A DNA stretch of 32,000 nucleotides. It comes from Acinetobacter wanghuae. Its GTDB lineage: Bacteria; Pseudomonadota; Gammaproteobacteria; Pseudomonadales; Moraxellaceae. The position numbers were made by a program, and so were the translations under genes. The notes beneath the pieces were generated by a model that searched no databases, was not told the DNA's origin, and was given only the letters and a program-made list of their open reading frames with translations. Every line of letters starts with the position of its first letter. Position 1 is the stretch's first letter. Positions 18,287 through 26,171 of the stretch are shown here, one piece after another. Location: contig NZ_CP045650.1 of NCBI RefSeq assembly GCF_009557235.1, positions 600,001 to 632,000 of the forward strand, given 5' to 3'.

Positions 18287-19669
18287 ATGATCGATTTTAA
18301 ACCTTCCATTAATTTTTGGCATGATTTTAAGAGCAACCAAACTGCCGGAATATGGTTATTTCTCGGTTCAAGGCGTTCTTTACAACTGGTTCGACCATCC
18401 ATCATGCAATTGGTGTTCTGGGGAATCTTAGGTGGCTGTGCCAATAGTTTATTTAGCTGGCTCAGTTCAGGTCGTATGGGAGATTTTAACTCTCAAGGTC
18501 TGATTAGTTACGCACTTTGGCCGTTTATTGCGCTTATTGTGGGGATTTTCTTATCCCAACGCATTAACAACCCACGTTTGATGTTGGTGCCTGCCTTACT
18601 GTGGTTGGTACTCGACACGCATATCATGCTGTTTCAATGTCTTATTCAGTTCTTGGGTGACATTGATTATCTGCCTTATTTTTTATATGACTATGTTCCT
18701 ACGCTTTTTGTCGGACTGTTTGTTTGGCAAAGTTTGGCTGTGGTTTGGGTGTTCTCACGTGAATTAAAGTGGCCATGGTGGGAACGTGCCTTAATTATGC
18801 TGGCAACCTTGGCAACCTTAGTTGTCTGGCAAATTTCCGTCAAAGATCAACCGATTTGGAAGGTTGAGCAACAATCGCCGAGTTTTGCTGAAGATGCCTT
18901 TTATGCTCAGCCGACCTTACTCAATAAAGCACTAGATAATATTCAGTTTGGTGAGTTTGCCCAGTCGCATTGGTACTTTATGGGCGTTGCGGGTGCGAGT
19001 TATCAAGATGTTTTCCAATTTGAAATTTCACGGATACGTGAACAGTTTGATACTCGCTTTGGAACTTTTGGTCGTTCAATTTCACTGATTAATCATCCTG
19101 CTACGCGGACAGAAGTTCCCATTGCTACCAAAACCAGTATGGAATTGGCACTGCGCCGTATTGGGCAGCAAATGAACCGTGAAGGCGATGTGTTATTTTT
19201 ATATATGACCTCACATGGTTTGCCGAATACCTTTGAAATGGAAAATGCGCCCTTAGATTTGGCGCAAGTCGATCCAAAATGGTTAAAGCAAACTTTAGAT
19301 GCTTCAGGTATTCGTTGGCGTGTGATTGTGGTGGGTTCATGTTATTCGGGAAGTTTTGTACCCGCATTACAAGATGACAATACTTTGATTATTACTGCAT
19401 CTGCAGCAGATCGTCAGTCTTTTGGTTGTTCGAACGAAGCAGACTATACTTACTTTGGGCGGGCTTTCTTTGATGAAGCGATGCGTGAGCAAAGTTCATT
19501 TAAGGGCGCATTTGAGCAAGCGCGTACAACCGTTGCGAAATGGGAAGCGGCTCAAGGTTTTGAACCTTCTGAGCCACAGTGGTCGATTGGTAAAAATATG
19601 GAATTGATGCTGCCACAATTAGAGCAGCGCTTATTTCCACCTGCGACCACCGCATTAAAAACACCTTAA
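18287..19669 (+). CDS. Membrane-anchored C13-family (legumain-like) cysteine peptidase
   Basis: The N-terminal ~190 aa carry several hydrophobic helices. The C-terminal domain has VLFLYMTSHGLP (His-Gly) and VIVVGSCYSGSF (catalytic Cys), as in peptidase C13. The start codon is uncertain. Confidence 0.65.
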   Translation: MIDFKPSINFWHDFKSNQTAGIWLFLGSRRSLQLVRPSIMQLVFWGILGGCANSLFSWLSSGRMGDFNSQGLISYALWPFIALIVGIFLSQRINNPRLMLVPALLWLVLDTHIMLFQCLIQFLGDIDYLPYFLYDYVPTLFVGLFVWQSLAVVWVFSRELKWPWWERALIMLATLATLVVWQISVKDQPIWKVEQQSPSFAEDAFYAQPTLLNKALDNIQFGEFAQSHWYFMGVAGASYQDVFQFEISRIREQFDTRFGTFGRSISLINHPATRTEVPIATKTSMELALRRIGQQMNREGDVLFLYMTSHGLPNTFEMENAPLDLAQVDPKWLKQTLDASGIRWRVIVVGSCYSGSFVPALQDDNTLIITASAADRQSFGCSNEADYTYFGRAFFDEAMREQSSFKGAFEQARTTVAKWEAAQGFEPSEPQWSIGKNMELMLPQLEQRLFPPATTALKTP

Positions 19670-19704
19670 AATGTCATGATCAATGCCTGTAGGCAAAGAG
19701 GGGA

Positions 19705-20547
19705 ATGCACGTGGAATTATTACAGAACAACAAAAGCTTTGATGGCGAGCAGCGTATTTATGCCTTTGAATCGCACGTCCTAAAAAATAGCACGAAGTTT
19801 GGGATTTATTTACCATCTCAAGCCTTACAAGGACAAAGCTGTCCTGCCTTATTTTATTTGGCGGGCTTAACCTGTAATGAAGAAACCTTTGCCATTAAAG
19901 CGCATGCACAACGTTTGGCTGCGCAGTTGGGTCTCATTTTGATTACGCCAGATACTTCACCGCGTGGCGAGGGTGTGGCAGAAGGTGACCATTGGGATAT
20001 TGGTCAGGGAGCAGGTTTTTATATCAATGCCACACAAGCGCCATGGGCTGAGCATTTCCAAATGGAAAGCTTTATAGTGGATGAGCTTTATCAATTAGTG
20101 AATCAAGAATTCGACATTCAACAAGACAGTATTGGTATTTTTGGGCATTCAATGGGTGGACATGGGGCATTAACCTTAGCCTTTAAATATCCAGAAAAAT
20201 TCAAATCTGTCTCAGCCTTTGCACCCATTTGTGCACCGAGCCAATGCCCTTGGGGTGAAAAAGCTTTTTCAAATTATTTGGGCGATGATCGTGAAGAATG
20301 GCTGCAACATGATGCGACTGCATTGATCCAAGCCAAAGGTGCGCTCTTTAGTGATATTTTGATTGATCAAGGTTTTTCAGATCAATTTTATAGTCAACTG
20401 AATCCTGCTTTATTGCAACAAGCCTGCGATGCAGTCGGACAAAAGCTGAGTTTACGTGAACATCAAGGCTATGATCATGGTTATTATTTCATTCAAAGCT
20501 TTATTGATGATCATTTGCAATTCCATGCGGTTCAATTACAAGCTTAA
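19705..20547 (+). CDS. fghA: S-formylglutathione hydrolase (esterase D family)
   Basis: ELLQNNKSFDGEQ..., YLAGLTCNEE, GHSMGGHGAL (nucleophile elbow) and HQGYDHGYYFI are present. GTG 19711 after GAGGGG may be the real start. Confidence 0.85.
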   Translation: MHVELLQNNKSFDGEQRIYAFESHVLKNSTKFGIYLPSQALQGQSCPALFYLAGLTCNEETFAIKAHAQRLAAQLGLILITPDTSPRGEGVAEGDHWDIGQGAGFYINATQAPWAEHFQMESFIVDELYQLVNQEFDIQQDSIGIFGHSMGGHGALTLAFKYPEKFKSVSAFAPICAPSQCPWGEKAFSNYLGDDREEWLQHDATALIQAKGALFSDILIDQGFSDQFYSQLNPALLQQACDAVGQKLSLREHQGYDHGYYFIQSFIDDHLQFHAVQLQA

Positions 20548-20659
20548 AACGCTATTGCATTCATTTTAAATTTTATGTGTGAAGGGCTGAGTGTGAATAA
20601 ACATCATCGCACTCAATCCTTACTGTAAAATACATTAAATAATAAAAATTAGGTCATCT

Positions 20660-21778
20660 ATGCAAAATAACGAAGAGTTTAATCCAGTACGACCCTCGTC
20701 ATTTGATTCACCTTTTCCACCCGAGATTCCTACAGATGACCGCTATGCGGTTAGACTGAATAAAATCCAACGCTTTGGCTTTCATGGCACAGGACTAGAA
20801 TATTTTGGTATTTGGATCGTTAATATTGTATTGATGATTGTGACCTTAGGGCTATATTCGCCGTGGGCAAAAGTGCGTCGTCTGCGCTATTTTTACGGTA
20901 ATACTGAACTTATACAACGGCGTTTTGACTTTACCGGTATACCGAGCAAAATTTTAAAAGGGCGTTTGATTGCACTCGCTATTTATTTTGCCATTTCAGT
21001 CATTTCAAACTTGTCTGTCAAATGGATGTTGATTGGATTACTCGTGGTTTATCTTGCCGTGCCTTGGTTGTTACGTGCCACCATCCGCTTTAATGCACGC
21101 AATAGTAAATTTAGTAATGCACGATTTTATTTTTCGGGTAGCAATAAACAAGCCTATTGGATCTTTTTTAAATCCATGGTGTTGTTTCTGTTGACAGCGG
21201 GTCTTATTTTTCCCGTGTTACTGTTATTTTATAAGCGCTATTGTTTTGATCATTTGTATGCAGGTCAGCTTAAATTTCGCTTTACCGCAACATGGCTCGA
21301 TTTCATGAAAGCCGTCTATGTTCCTGTGTTGGCATTGATGGCATTTTCAGTGATGTTATTGATGAGCGTTGGCATGCCAAAATTGGGCAATGTGATGTAT
21401 GACCCTGTTGCCTTAAGCGGCTTAGTTGGCTTGATCGCGTTGGCTTATGTCGTGTTGTTATTTGTATTTTGGCCATGGATTCAAGCGCGTATTTTTATGG
21501 CGACATGGAATAACGTGGTTTTAAGTCGTAGTAAGTTTCAAACCGATTGTAGTCAAGTGACTTTTGTTTGGATTGTAATCAGTAATTGGGTTTTAAGAAT
21601 CATCAGTTTAGGCTTGCTTACACCATGGGCTGCAATTCGTATTTATCGTTACAAGGTTGAATCACTCAGTTTATATTTAAATAATGATCCGAACACGATG
21701 ATGAATCAATTGCAAAAAGATCATAGTGCGATTGCTGAAGAAATTAGCGATATTTTTGATCTTGATATTTCACTTTAA
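20660..21778 (+). CDS. YjgN-family (DUF898) polytopic membrane protein
   Basis: FHGTGLEYFGIWIVNIVLMIVTLGLYSPWAKVRRLRYFYGNT and the repeated motif LLTPWAAIRIYRY are characteristic of DUF898 duplicated modules. Confidence 0.7.
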   Translation: MQNNEEFNPVRPSSFDSPFPPEIPTDDRYAVRLNKIQRFGFHGTGLEYFGIWIVNIVLMIVTLGLYSPWAKVRRLRYFYGNTELIQRRFDFTGIPSKILKGRLIALAIYFAISVISNLSVKWMLIGLLVVYLAVPWLLRATIRFNARNSKFSNARFYFSGSNKQAYWIFFKSMVLFLLTAGLIFPVLLLFYKRYCFDHLYAGQLKFRFTATWLDFMKAVYVPVLALMAFSVMLLMSVGMPKLGNVMYDPVALSGLVGLIALAYVVLLFVFWPWIQARIFMATWNNVVLSRSKFQTDCSQVTFVWIVISNWVLRIISLGLLTPWAAIRIYRYKVESLSLYLNNDPNTMMNQLQKDHSAIAEEISDIFDLDISL

Positions 21779-21792
21779 TAGGAAGCCCAGTC

Positions 21793-22827
21793 ATGTCTTT
21801 GCAGCCAATTCATGTGATTTTCTATGATGGGATTGTGTCACAACCACGCCAAGCAAAACTCTATGCGTGGAATAAGCATTCTGTGCAAATCGAATATCAA
21901 GACCATGGTACGGTCGAAAAGATCTATACCTACAAAGACATGACTTTGATTGGTGCCCTAGGTCAAATTCATCCAGTGATTGAACTCAAAGATGATGCAC
22001 GCATTGAGTTTTCAGAACCATTACCTGCTTGGTTTGATTTGGATCATAAAAATAAAAACAATTCGATTTGGAAATTAGAGCGTTCACCTTCACTTATTTT
22101 ATTTAGTGTGATTTTCGTGGCAGCTTTTGCTTTTGCGACTGTTAAATGGGGAATTCCAACAGCGGCCTATCAAGTGGCAAAATATTTACCTGCCGACACG
22201 TTAAAAAGTATCGGTGACCAAGCTGAAGAATATTTAATAAACGCCACTGCGCCAAGTCAATTACCTCAAGCGCGTCAGGATAAAATTACCGCGGATTATC
22301 AAAAGTTGTTTGGTCAGCAAAAACCTGCGAAAATTTTATTTAGACAGGGGGATAGTATTGGTGCGAATGCGCTCGCAATTCCCAATAATACGATTGTGCT
22401 GACTGATGAACTGGTGAAGCTAGCAGCAGATGATCGCGAAATCATTGGTGTTCTTGCTCATGAGCAGGGGCATTTAGCAGAGCGACATAGTTTGCAACAA
22501 GCCATCAGCAGTTTAGGTTTTAGTGCGATTGTAATTTTGATTACGGGTGACGCATCGGACTTAATTACGACAGTTCCTGTTGCTATGATCGGTTCGAGTT
22601 ATTCGCGTGATTTTGAAGCTGAAGCAGATCAGTACGCTTTAAAAACCATGTATCAGCATCAGATTTCGACTCAATATTTTGCGCAGTTCTTAGAGCGTTT
22701 GGCAAAGCATAATGGCGAACAAGACGAGAACGAAAAATCAATTCTAGAATTTTTAAGTAGCCATCCTGCAACCAAGGATCGTATTCAAGCGGTGAAAGAT
22801 TTTGAAATGCAGCATCAAGGACATTAA
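21793..22827 (+). CDS. M48-family zinc metallopeptidase with N-terminal membrane segment
   Basis: HEQGH (HExxH) sits in GVLAHEQGHLAERH, with a downstream EAEADQYAL glutamate motif and one TM helix (SLILFSVIFVAAFAFA). Starts 14 nt after the DUF898 gene. Confidence 0.75.
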   Translation: MSLQPIHVIFYDGIVSQPRQAKLYAWNKHSVQIEYQDHGTVEKIYTYKDMTLIGALGQIHPVIELKDDARIEFSEPLPAWFDLDHKNKNNSIWKLERSPSLILFSVIFVAAFAFATVKWGIPTAAYQVAKYLPADTLKSIGDQAEEYLINATAPSQLPQARQDKITADYQKLFGQQKPAKILFRQGDSIGANALAIPNNTIVLTDELVKLAADDREIIGVLAHEQGHLAERHSLQQAISSLGFSAIVILITGDASDLITTVPVAMIGSSYSRDFEAEADQYALKTMYQHQISTQYFAQFLERLAKHNGEQDENEKSILEFLSSHPATKDRIQAVKDFEMQHQGH

Positions 22828-22837
22828 TCCTTGATGC
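22812..22837. terminator. 10-bp perfect hairpin spanning the M48 stop codon, between convergent genes
   Basis: GCATCAAGGA-CATTAA-TCCTTGATGC. There is no long T-run, so function as a terminator is tentative. Confidence 0.4.
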
Positions 22838-22842
22838 ATGCT

Positions 22843-23118
22843 TTAATGCCATTCGGTTGTTAAGCGTTCATTTCCCATACGTTCTAAATGATTAATTACG
22901 ACTTGTTGTAAATGAACGAGATCAACACTTTCGTCATGCGCTTTGATCTCCACATATAGATCACTCAATGTCGGTGATAGGCGTAGTTGTGCTTTTGGCA
23001 TCTCAATTTCAATTGTATTTGTCGCAGTGTTCACAGGGAACTTATGTTCCCAATGTTTAGATAAGCGTTTTGCAATACGTGCGGCTTGTAGTGTTGCAAT
23101 GTGAGCTGAGCTTTTCAT
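22843..23118 (-). CDS. DUF2218-domain protein
   Basis: 91 aa. The pattern A..IAKRLSKHWEHKFPV...L.V.I.A.D...L..LQQVVINHLERMG...L...W matches my recollection of the DUF2218 family. Confidence 0.65.
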   Translation of the reverse strand: MKSSAHIATLQAARIAKRLSKHWEHKFPVNTATNTIEIEMPKAQLRLSPTLSDLYVEIKAHDESVDLVHLQQVVINHLERMGNERLTTEWH

Positions 23119-23254
23119 AAGGTCGCCTATGTCTTGATCGATCTATCATAAAGTGTGTTTTAGTCAACACAAACAGCTTTTATTTAAAATATTGTAAGGT
23201 CTTGAGCGCAGTATATAGATGCATTTGCTCAATCCGACAGGATTCATGACTATT

Positions 23255-23263
23255 TGCTATAAT
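23255..23263 (+). promoter_or_regulatory. Candidate extended -10 element upstream of rpe
   Basis: TGcTATAAT lies 35 nt upstream of the rpe ATG. No good -35. Confidence 0.3.
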
Positions 23264-23297
23264 GGGACATTGATCTCCATATACTTCAGGTTGTCCC

Positions 23298-23984
23298 ATG
23301 TCTAAGCCATTTTTAATCGCACCTTCAATTTTATCTGCCGACTTTGCACGTCTTGGTGAAGACGTTGAAAAAGTGTTGGAAGCAGGCGCAGATGTCGTGC
23401 ATTTCGACGTGATGGATAACCATTATGTACCGAACCTGACTTTTGGTGCGGGCGTATGTAAAGCCTTAAAAAAATACGGTATCCAAGCACCGATTGATGT
23501 GCATTTGATGGTCAAACCTGTGGATCGTATGATTGGCGATTTCCTTGAAGCAGGTGCAGATATTATTACGTTCCACCCTGAAGCGTCAGATCATATTGAT
23601 CGTTCATTGCAATTGATTAAAGCAGGTGGTGCGAAAGCAGGTTTGGTATTTAACCCTGCAACACCATTACATTACCTTGATTATGTACTTGATAAAGTCG
23701 ATCAAGTACTCTTAATGAGCGTGAACCCAGGCTTTGGTGGTCAGAAATTTATTCCAATGACCTTAGAGAAGTTACGTGAAGCACGCAAAATCATTGATGC
23801 ATCAGGTCGTGATATTCGCTTAGAAGTGGATGGCGGCGTTGGTCCTGCAAATATTCGTGAAATTGCTGAAGCGGGTGCGGATATGTTTGTATCTGGTTCA
23901 GCAATTTTTGGTAAACCTGATTACAAAACAGTGATTGATGAAATGCGTTTAGAATTATCAAAAGTGGGTCAAATTCAGCTGTAA
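23298..23984 (+). CDS. rpe: Ribulose-phosphate 3-epimerase
   Basis: [45 protein letters not shown] and EVDGGV are present. Confidence 0.92.
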   Translation: MSKPFLIAPSILSADFARLGEDVEKVLEAGADVVHFDVMDNHYVPNLTFGAGVCKALKKYGIQAPIDVHLMVKPVDRMIGDFLEAGADIITFHPEASDHIDRSLQLIKAGGAKAGLVFNPATPLHYLDYVLDKVDQVLLMSVNPGFGGQKFIPMTLEKLREARKIIDASGRDIRLEVDGGVGPANIREIAEAGADMFVSGSAIFGKPDYKTVIDEMRLELSKVGQIQL

Positions 23985-24010
23985 TCGTTTTTAAATTTAA
24001 GCTGATTGCT

Positions 24011-24082
24011 TTTGTGGATAAGTTTATGGATAACTATGTAGATATCTATGTTGATAACCATATGGATATCTTGATTAAAATC
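24011..24082. repeat. Six head-to-tail 12-nt repeats containing DnaA-box-like 9-mers
   Basis: tttgtggataag / tttatggataac / tatgtagatatc / tatgttgataac / catatggatatc / ttgattaaaatc. TGTGGATAA (24013-24021) is the exact complement of the TTATCCACA box. 24025-24033 and 24049-24057 differ from it at one position. Confidence 0.6.
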
Positions 24083-24122
24083 TAGACGCTTGCAGTCATT
24101 ACGTTTAAATATTAGACGTTAT

Positions 24123-24160
24123 ATGTATAAAAAGAACTCAAATGAGTTCTTTTTATACAT
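24123..24160. terminator. Bidirectional hairpin / terminator in the rpe-gdx spacer
   Basis: Perfect 18-nt inverted repeat ATGTATAAAAAGAACTCA-aa-TGAGTTCTTTTTATACAT. A GAACTC/GAGTTC core is followed by TTTTT. Confidence 0.55.
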
Positions 24161-24506
24161 TCTAAGTACTGAAAATATCTGTTTATTTTATATTCGTTAT
24201 GTGAGGTTATTGCTACTCATTAATTGAGCATTACTAAAAATAAATCGACTTTAAATTAAGGGATAAATACAGATTTAATCATTTGATTAATGTGTATAAC
24301 TTGCTCAGTGCTGTGTTGTTATCCACACCAATTAGCTTGATAAGTAGTCAATTAAATAGATAAATCAAGTGAAATTTACCTAATGTGGATCCAAGCTCTG
24401 CCATTCACGCTATTAAATGATGTCGCACGAGTCCTTCAAAAATTGAGGCAATTTTGTAATTGATCTTCAATTTGTAACCACGATTTTATAAAATACTTGG
24501 AATAAT

Positions 24507-24573
24507 AGGAGGAACGACCTCCCTTGTTGTTATTCATGTGAATCTGACAAGTGTAATATTCAGGACGACCTGA
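24507..24573 (+). promoter_or_regulatory. Candidate guanidine-II (mini-ykkC) riboswitch
   Basis: Two small hairpins both carry ACGA in the loop. GGAGG-aACGA-CCTCC lies at 24508-24522 and (T)CAGG-ACGA-CCTG(A) at 24560-24573. They sit 8-70 nt upstream of the AAGGAG SD of an SMR guanidinium-exporter-type gene. The first loop has an extra A and the linker is ~38 nt. Confidence 0.5.
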
Positions 24574-24596
24574 TTCTTGAAAAGGAGTAAGGCGTG

Positions 24597-24914
24597 ATGG
24601 CCTGGATTACCCTCATACTGGCAGGATTATTTGAAATTATTTGGGCATATTCAATGAAAATGTCCGAAGGTTTTTCCAAATTAACGCCTAGTATTATTAC
24701 CATTGTTTTTATGATCCTGAGTTTCGGCTTATTGGCTTATGCCATGCGTACTTTGCCCTTAGGGACGGCATATACCATTTGGACAGGTATTGGGGCAGTG
24801 GGATCATTTTTAGTCGGCATTATGGTATTAGGTGAACCTGCAACCGCGATGCGTATGTTGGCTGCTGTTTTGATCATATCGGGTTTAGTGTTGATGAAAT
24901 TATCTTCAACGTAA
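24597..24914 (+). CDS. gdx: SMR-family guanidinium exporter (SugE/Gdx)
   Basis: 105 aa with four TM helices. MAWITLILAGLFEIIWAYSMK contains the essential Glu, and LGTAYTIWTGIGAVG is present. The track start GTG 24594 is one codon upstream. Confidence 0.85.
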   Translation: MAWITLILAGLFEIIWAYSMKMSEGFSKLTPSIITIVFMILSFGLLAYAMRTLPLGTAYTIWTGIGAVGSFLVGIMVLGEPATAMRMLAAVLIISGLVLMKLSST

Positions 24915-24926
24915 AACGAATCACGG

Positions 24927-24971
24927 AATCTGTGATATTTGCGCTAAGATCAATCGCCTGTATCACAGATT
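24927..24971. repeat. 11-bp inverted repeat abutting the ogt start
   Basis: AATCTGTGATA (24927-24937) and TATCACAGATT (24961-24971) are separated by 23 nt. Could be the gdx terminator (followed by TT) or an operator. The ogt ATG lies 3 nt after it. Confidence 0.4.
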
Positions 24972-24974
24972 TTC

Positions 24975-25469
24975 ATGCTCATGACGTTAAATTATCTTTA
25001 TATGCATTCGCCCGTGGGCAGATTGCAGTTAGTTGCTGATGAACAAGCATTGGTTGCTGTGCTTTGGGAGTGCGAAAAAGCCAATCGCGTTCGCTTGCAT
25101 CACTTGGTTGAAAATCAGAACAATATTATTTTGATTGAAACCCAAAAGCAGCTTAGTGAATATTTCCAAGGTTACAGACAACGCTTTGATCTACCTTTGA
25201 AATTGAATGGTACAGATTTTCAGCAGCAGGTTTGGCGAGCTTTACTTAATATTCCATATGGCGAAACACGCACTTATAAAGAAATTGCTTTAGCCATTGG
25301 AAATCTAAAAGCTGTACGTGCTGTAGGTAGTGCTATTGGACGTAATCCAATTTCGATTATTGCACCTTGTCATCGTGTGATTGGTGCTGATGGTAAGTTA
25401 GTGGGCTTTGCCGGCGGTTTAGCGAATAAAGAAATACTATTGAATCTTGAAAAGACAAATAAAATTTAA
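24975..25469 (+). CDS. ogt: Methylated-DNA--protein-cysteine methyltransferase
   Basis: IPYGETRTYKEIA, NPISIIAPCHRVIG (PCHRV active site) and GGL..K..LL are present. Confidence 0.9.
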   Translation: MLMTLNYLYMHSPVGRLQLVADEQALVAVLWECEKANRVRLHHLVENQNNIILIETQKQLSEYFQGYRQRFDLPLKLNGTDFQQQVWRALLNIPYGETRTYKEIALAIGNLKAVRAVGSAIGRNPISIIAPCHRVIGADGKLVGFAGGLANKEILLNLEKTNKI

Positions 25470-25487
25470 AAGTAGAAGAAATATTTT

Positions 25488-26138
25488 ATGGATAATCCAT
25501 TTTCAGCAATGTTTAGTTTCCTAACTTATTGGGTGTTAGGTGCAGGTCTAGTGGGAATACTTTTCCGTATTTTTCTACCGATGATTAAAGGTAAATTGGG
25601 AGAAAAGTATATTCGGGATGATTTTAAAAAATATTTAGTTGAACCTTATGTGCTTGTAAATGATGTGACCTTGCCAGATAACTAAGGTGGTACGACACAA
25701 ATCGATCATATTGTGATGAGCCCTTATGGCTTGTTTGTGATCGAAACTAAAAATTATAAAGGTTGGATCTTTGGCAGTGAAAGGCAAAAGCAGTGGACGC
25801 AAACGATCTATCGGCAGAAGCATAAATTTCAGAACCCAATTCATCAAAATTATAAGCATATTAAAACTTTGGAATCTTTATTCGCAGATTTAGTTCCACC
25901 TAATGTGTTTATCAGTATTGTTGTTTTTGTGGGAAGTGCTGAGTTTAAGTCCAAGTTACCTAAGGGTGTTTTTTTAGACCGAGATTGGATTGAATATATA
26001 AAAACATTCCAATCTGAAGTTATTTCGCCAGATCAACTTATGATGATTCATCAACGATTAGAAATTGCATCATTAGAAAAATCTTGGAAAACCAATCGAG
26101 AGCACGTAAAAAATTTAAGACAGCGCAAGCAGCCATAA
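25488..26138 (+). pseudogene. NERD-domain nuclease-related protein interrupted by one in-frame TAA
   Basis: ORFs 25488..25685 and 25713..26138 are in the same frame. Reading through TAA 25683-25685 gives ...YVLVNDVTLPDN*GGTTQIDHIVMSPYGLFVIETKNYKGWIFG...FQNPIHQNYKH, a contiguous NERD domain behind an N-terminal TM helix. Confidence 0.75.
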
Positions 26139-26163
26139 AAAAGCCCTTGCTTAATGCAAAGGC
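26137..26163 (-). terminator. Rho-independent terminator for dusC
   Basis: On the minus strand, GCCTTTGC-ATTAA-GCAAGGGC (one mismatch) is followed by TTTTTT, directly after the dusC stop. Confidence 0.6.
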
Positions 26164-26171
26164 TCATCGTA

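Noticed and set aside
23985-24593. Chromosomal replication origin (oriC)
   Set aside because: The DnaA-box array and AT-richness raised the idea. However, none of the usual origin neighbours (dnaA, rpmH, dnaN, mnmG/gidA) is in the window, and I saw no clear set of AT-rich 13-mer unwinding repeats. It is kept as a DnaA-box cluster of unknown role and needs GC-skew analysis of the whole genome.
25488-26138. Two independent small genes (65 aa membrane peptide + 141 aa protein)
   Set aside because: They share a frame, and the NERD domain is only complete when the two are joined across the single TAA. A pseudogene or nonsense allele is the simpler reading.
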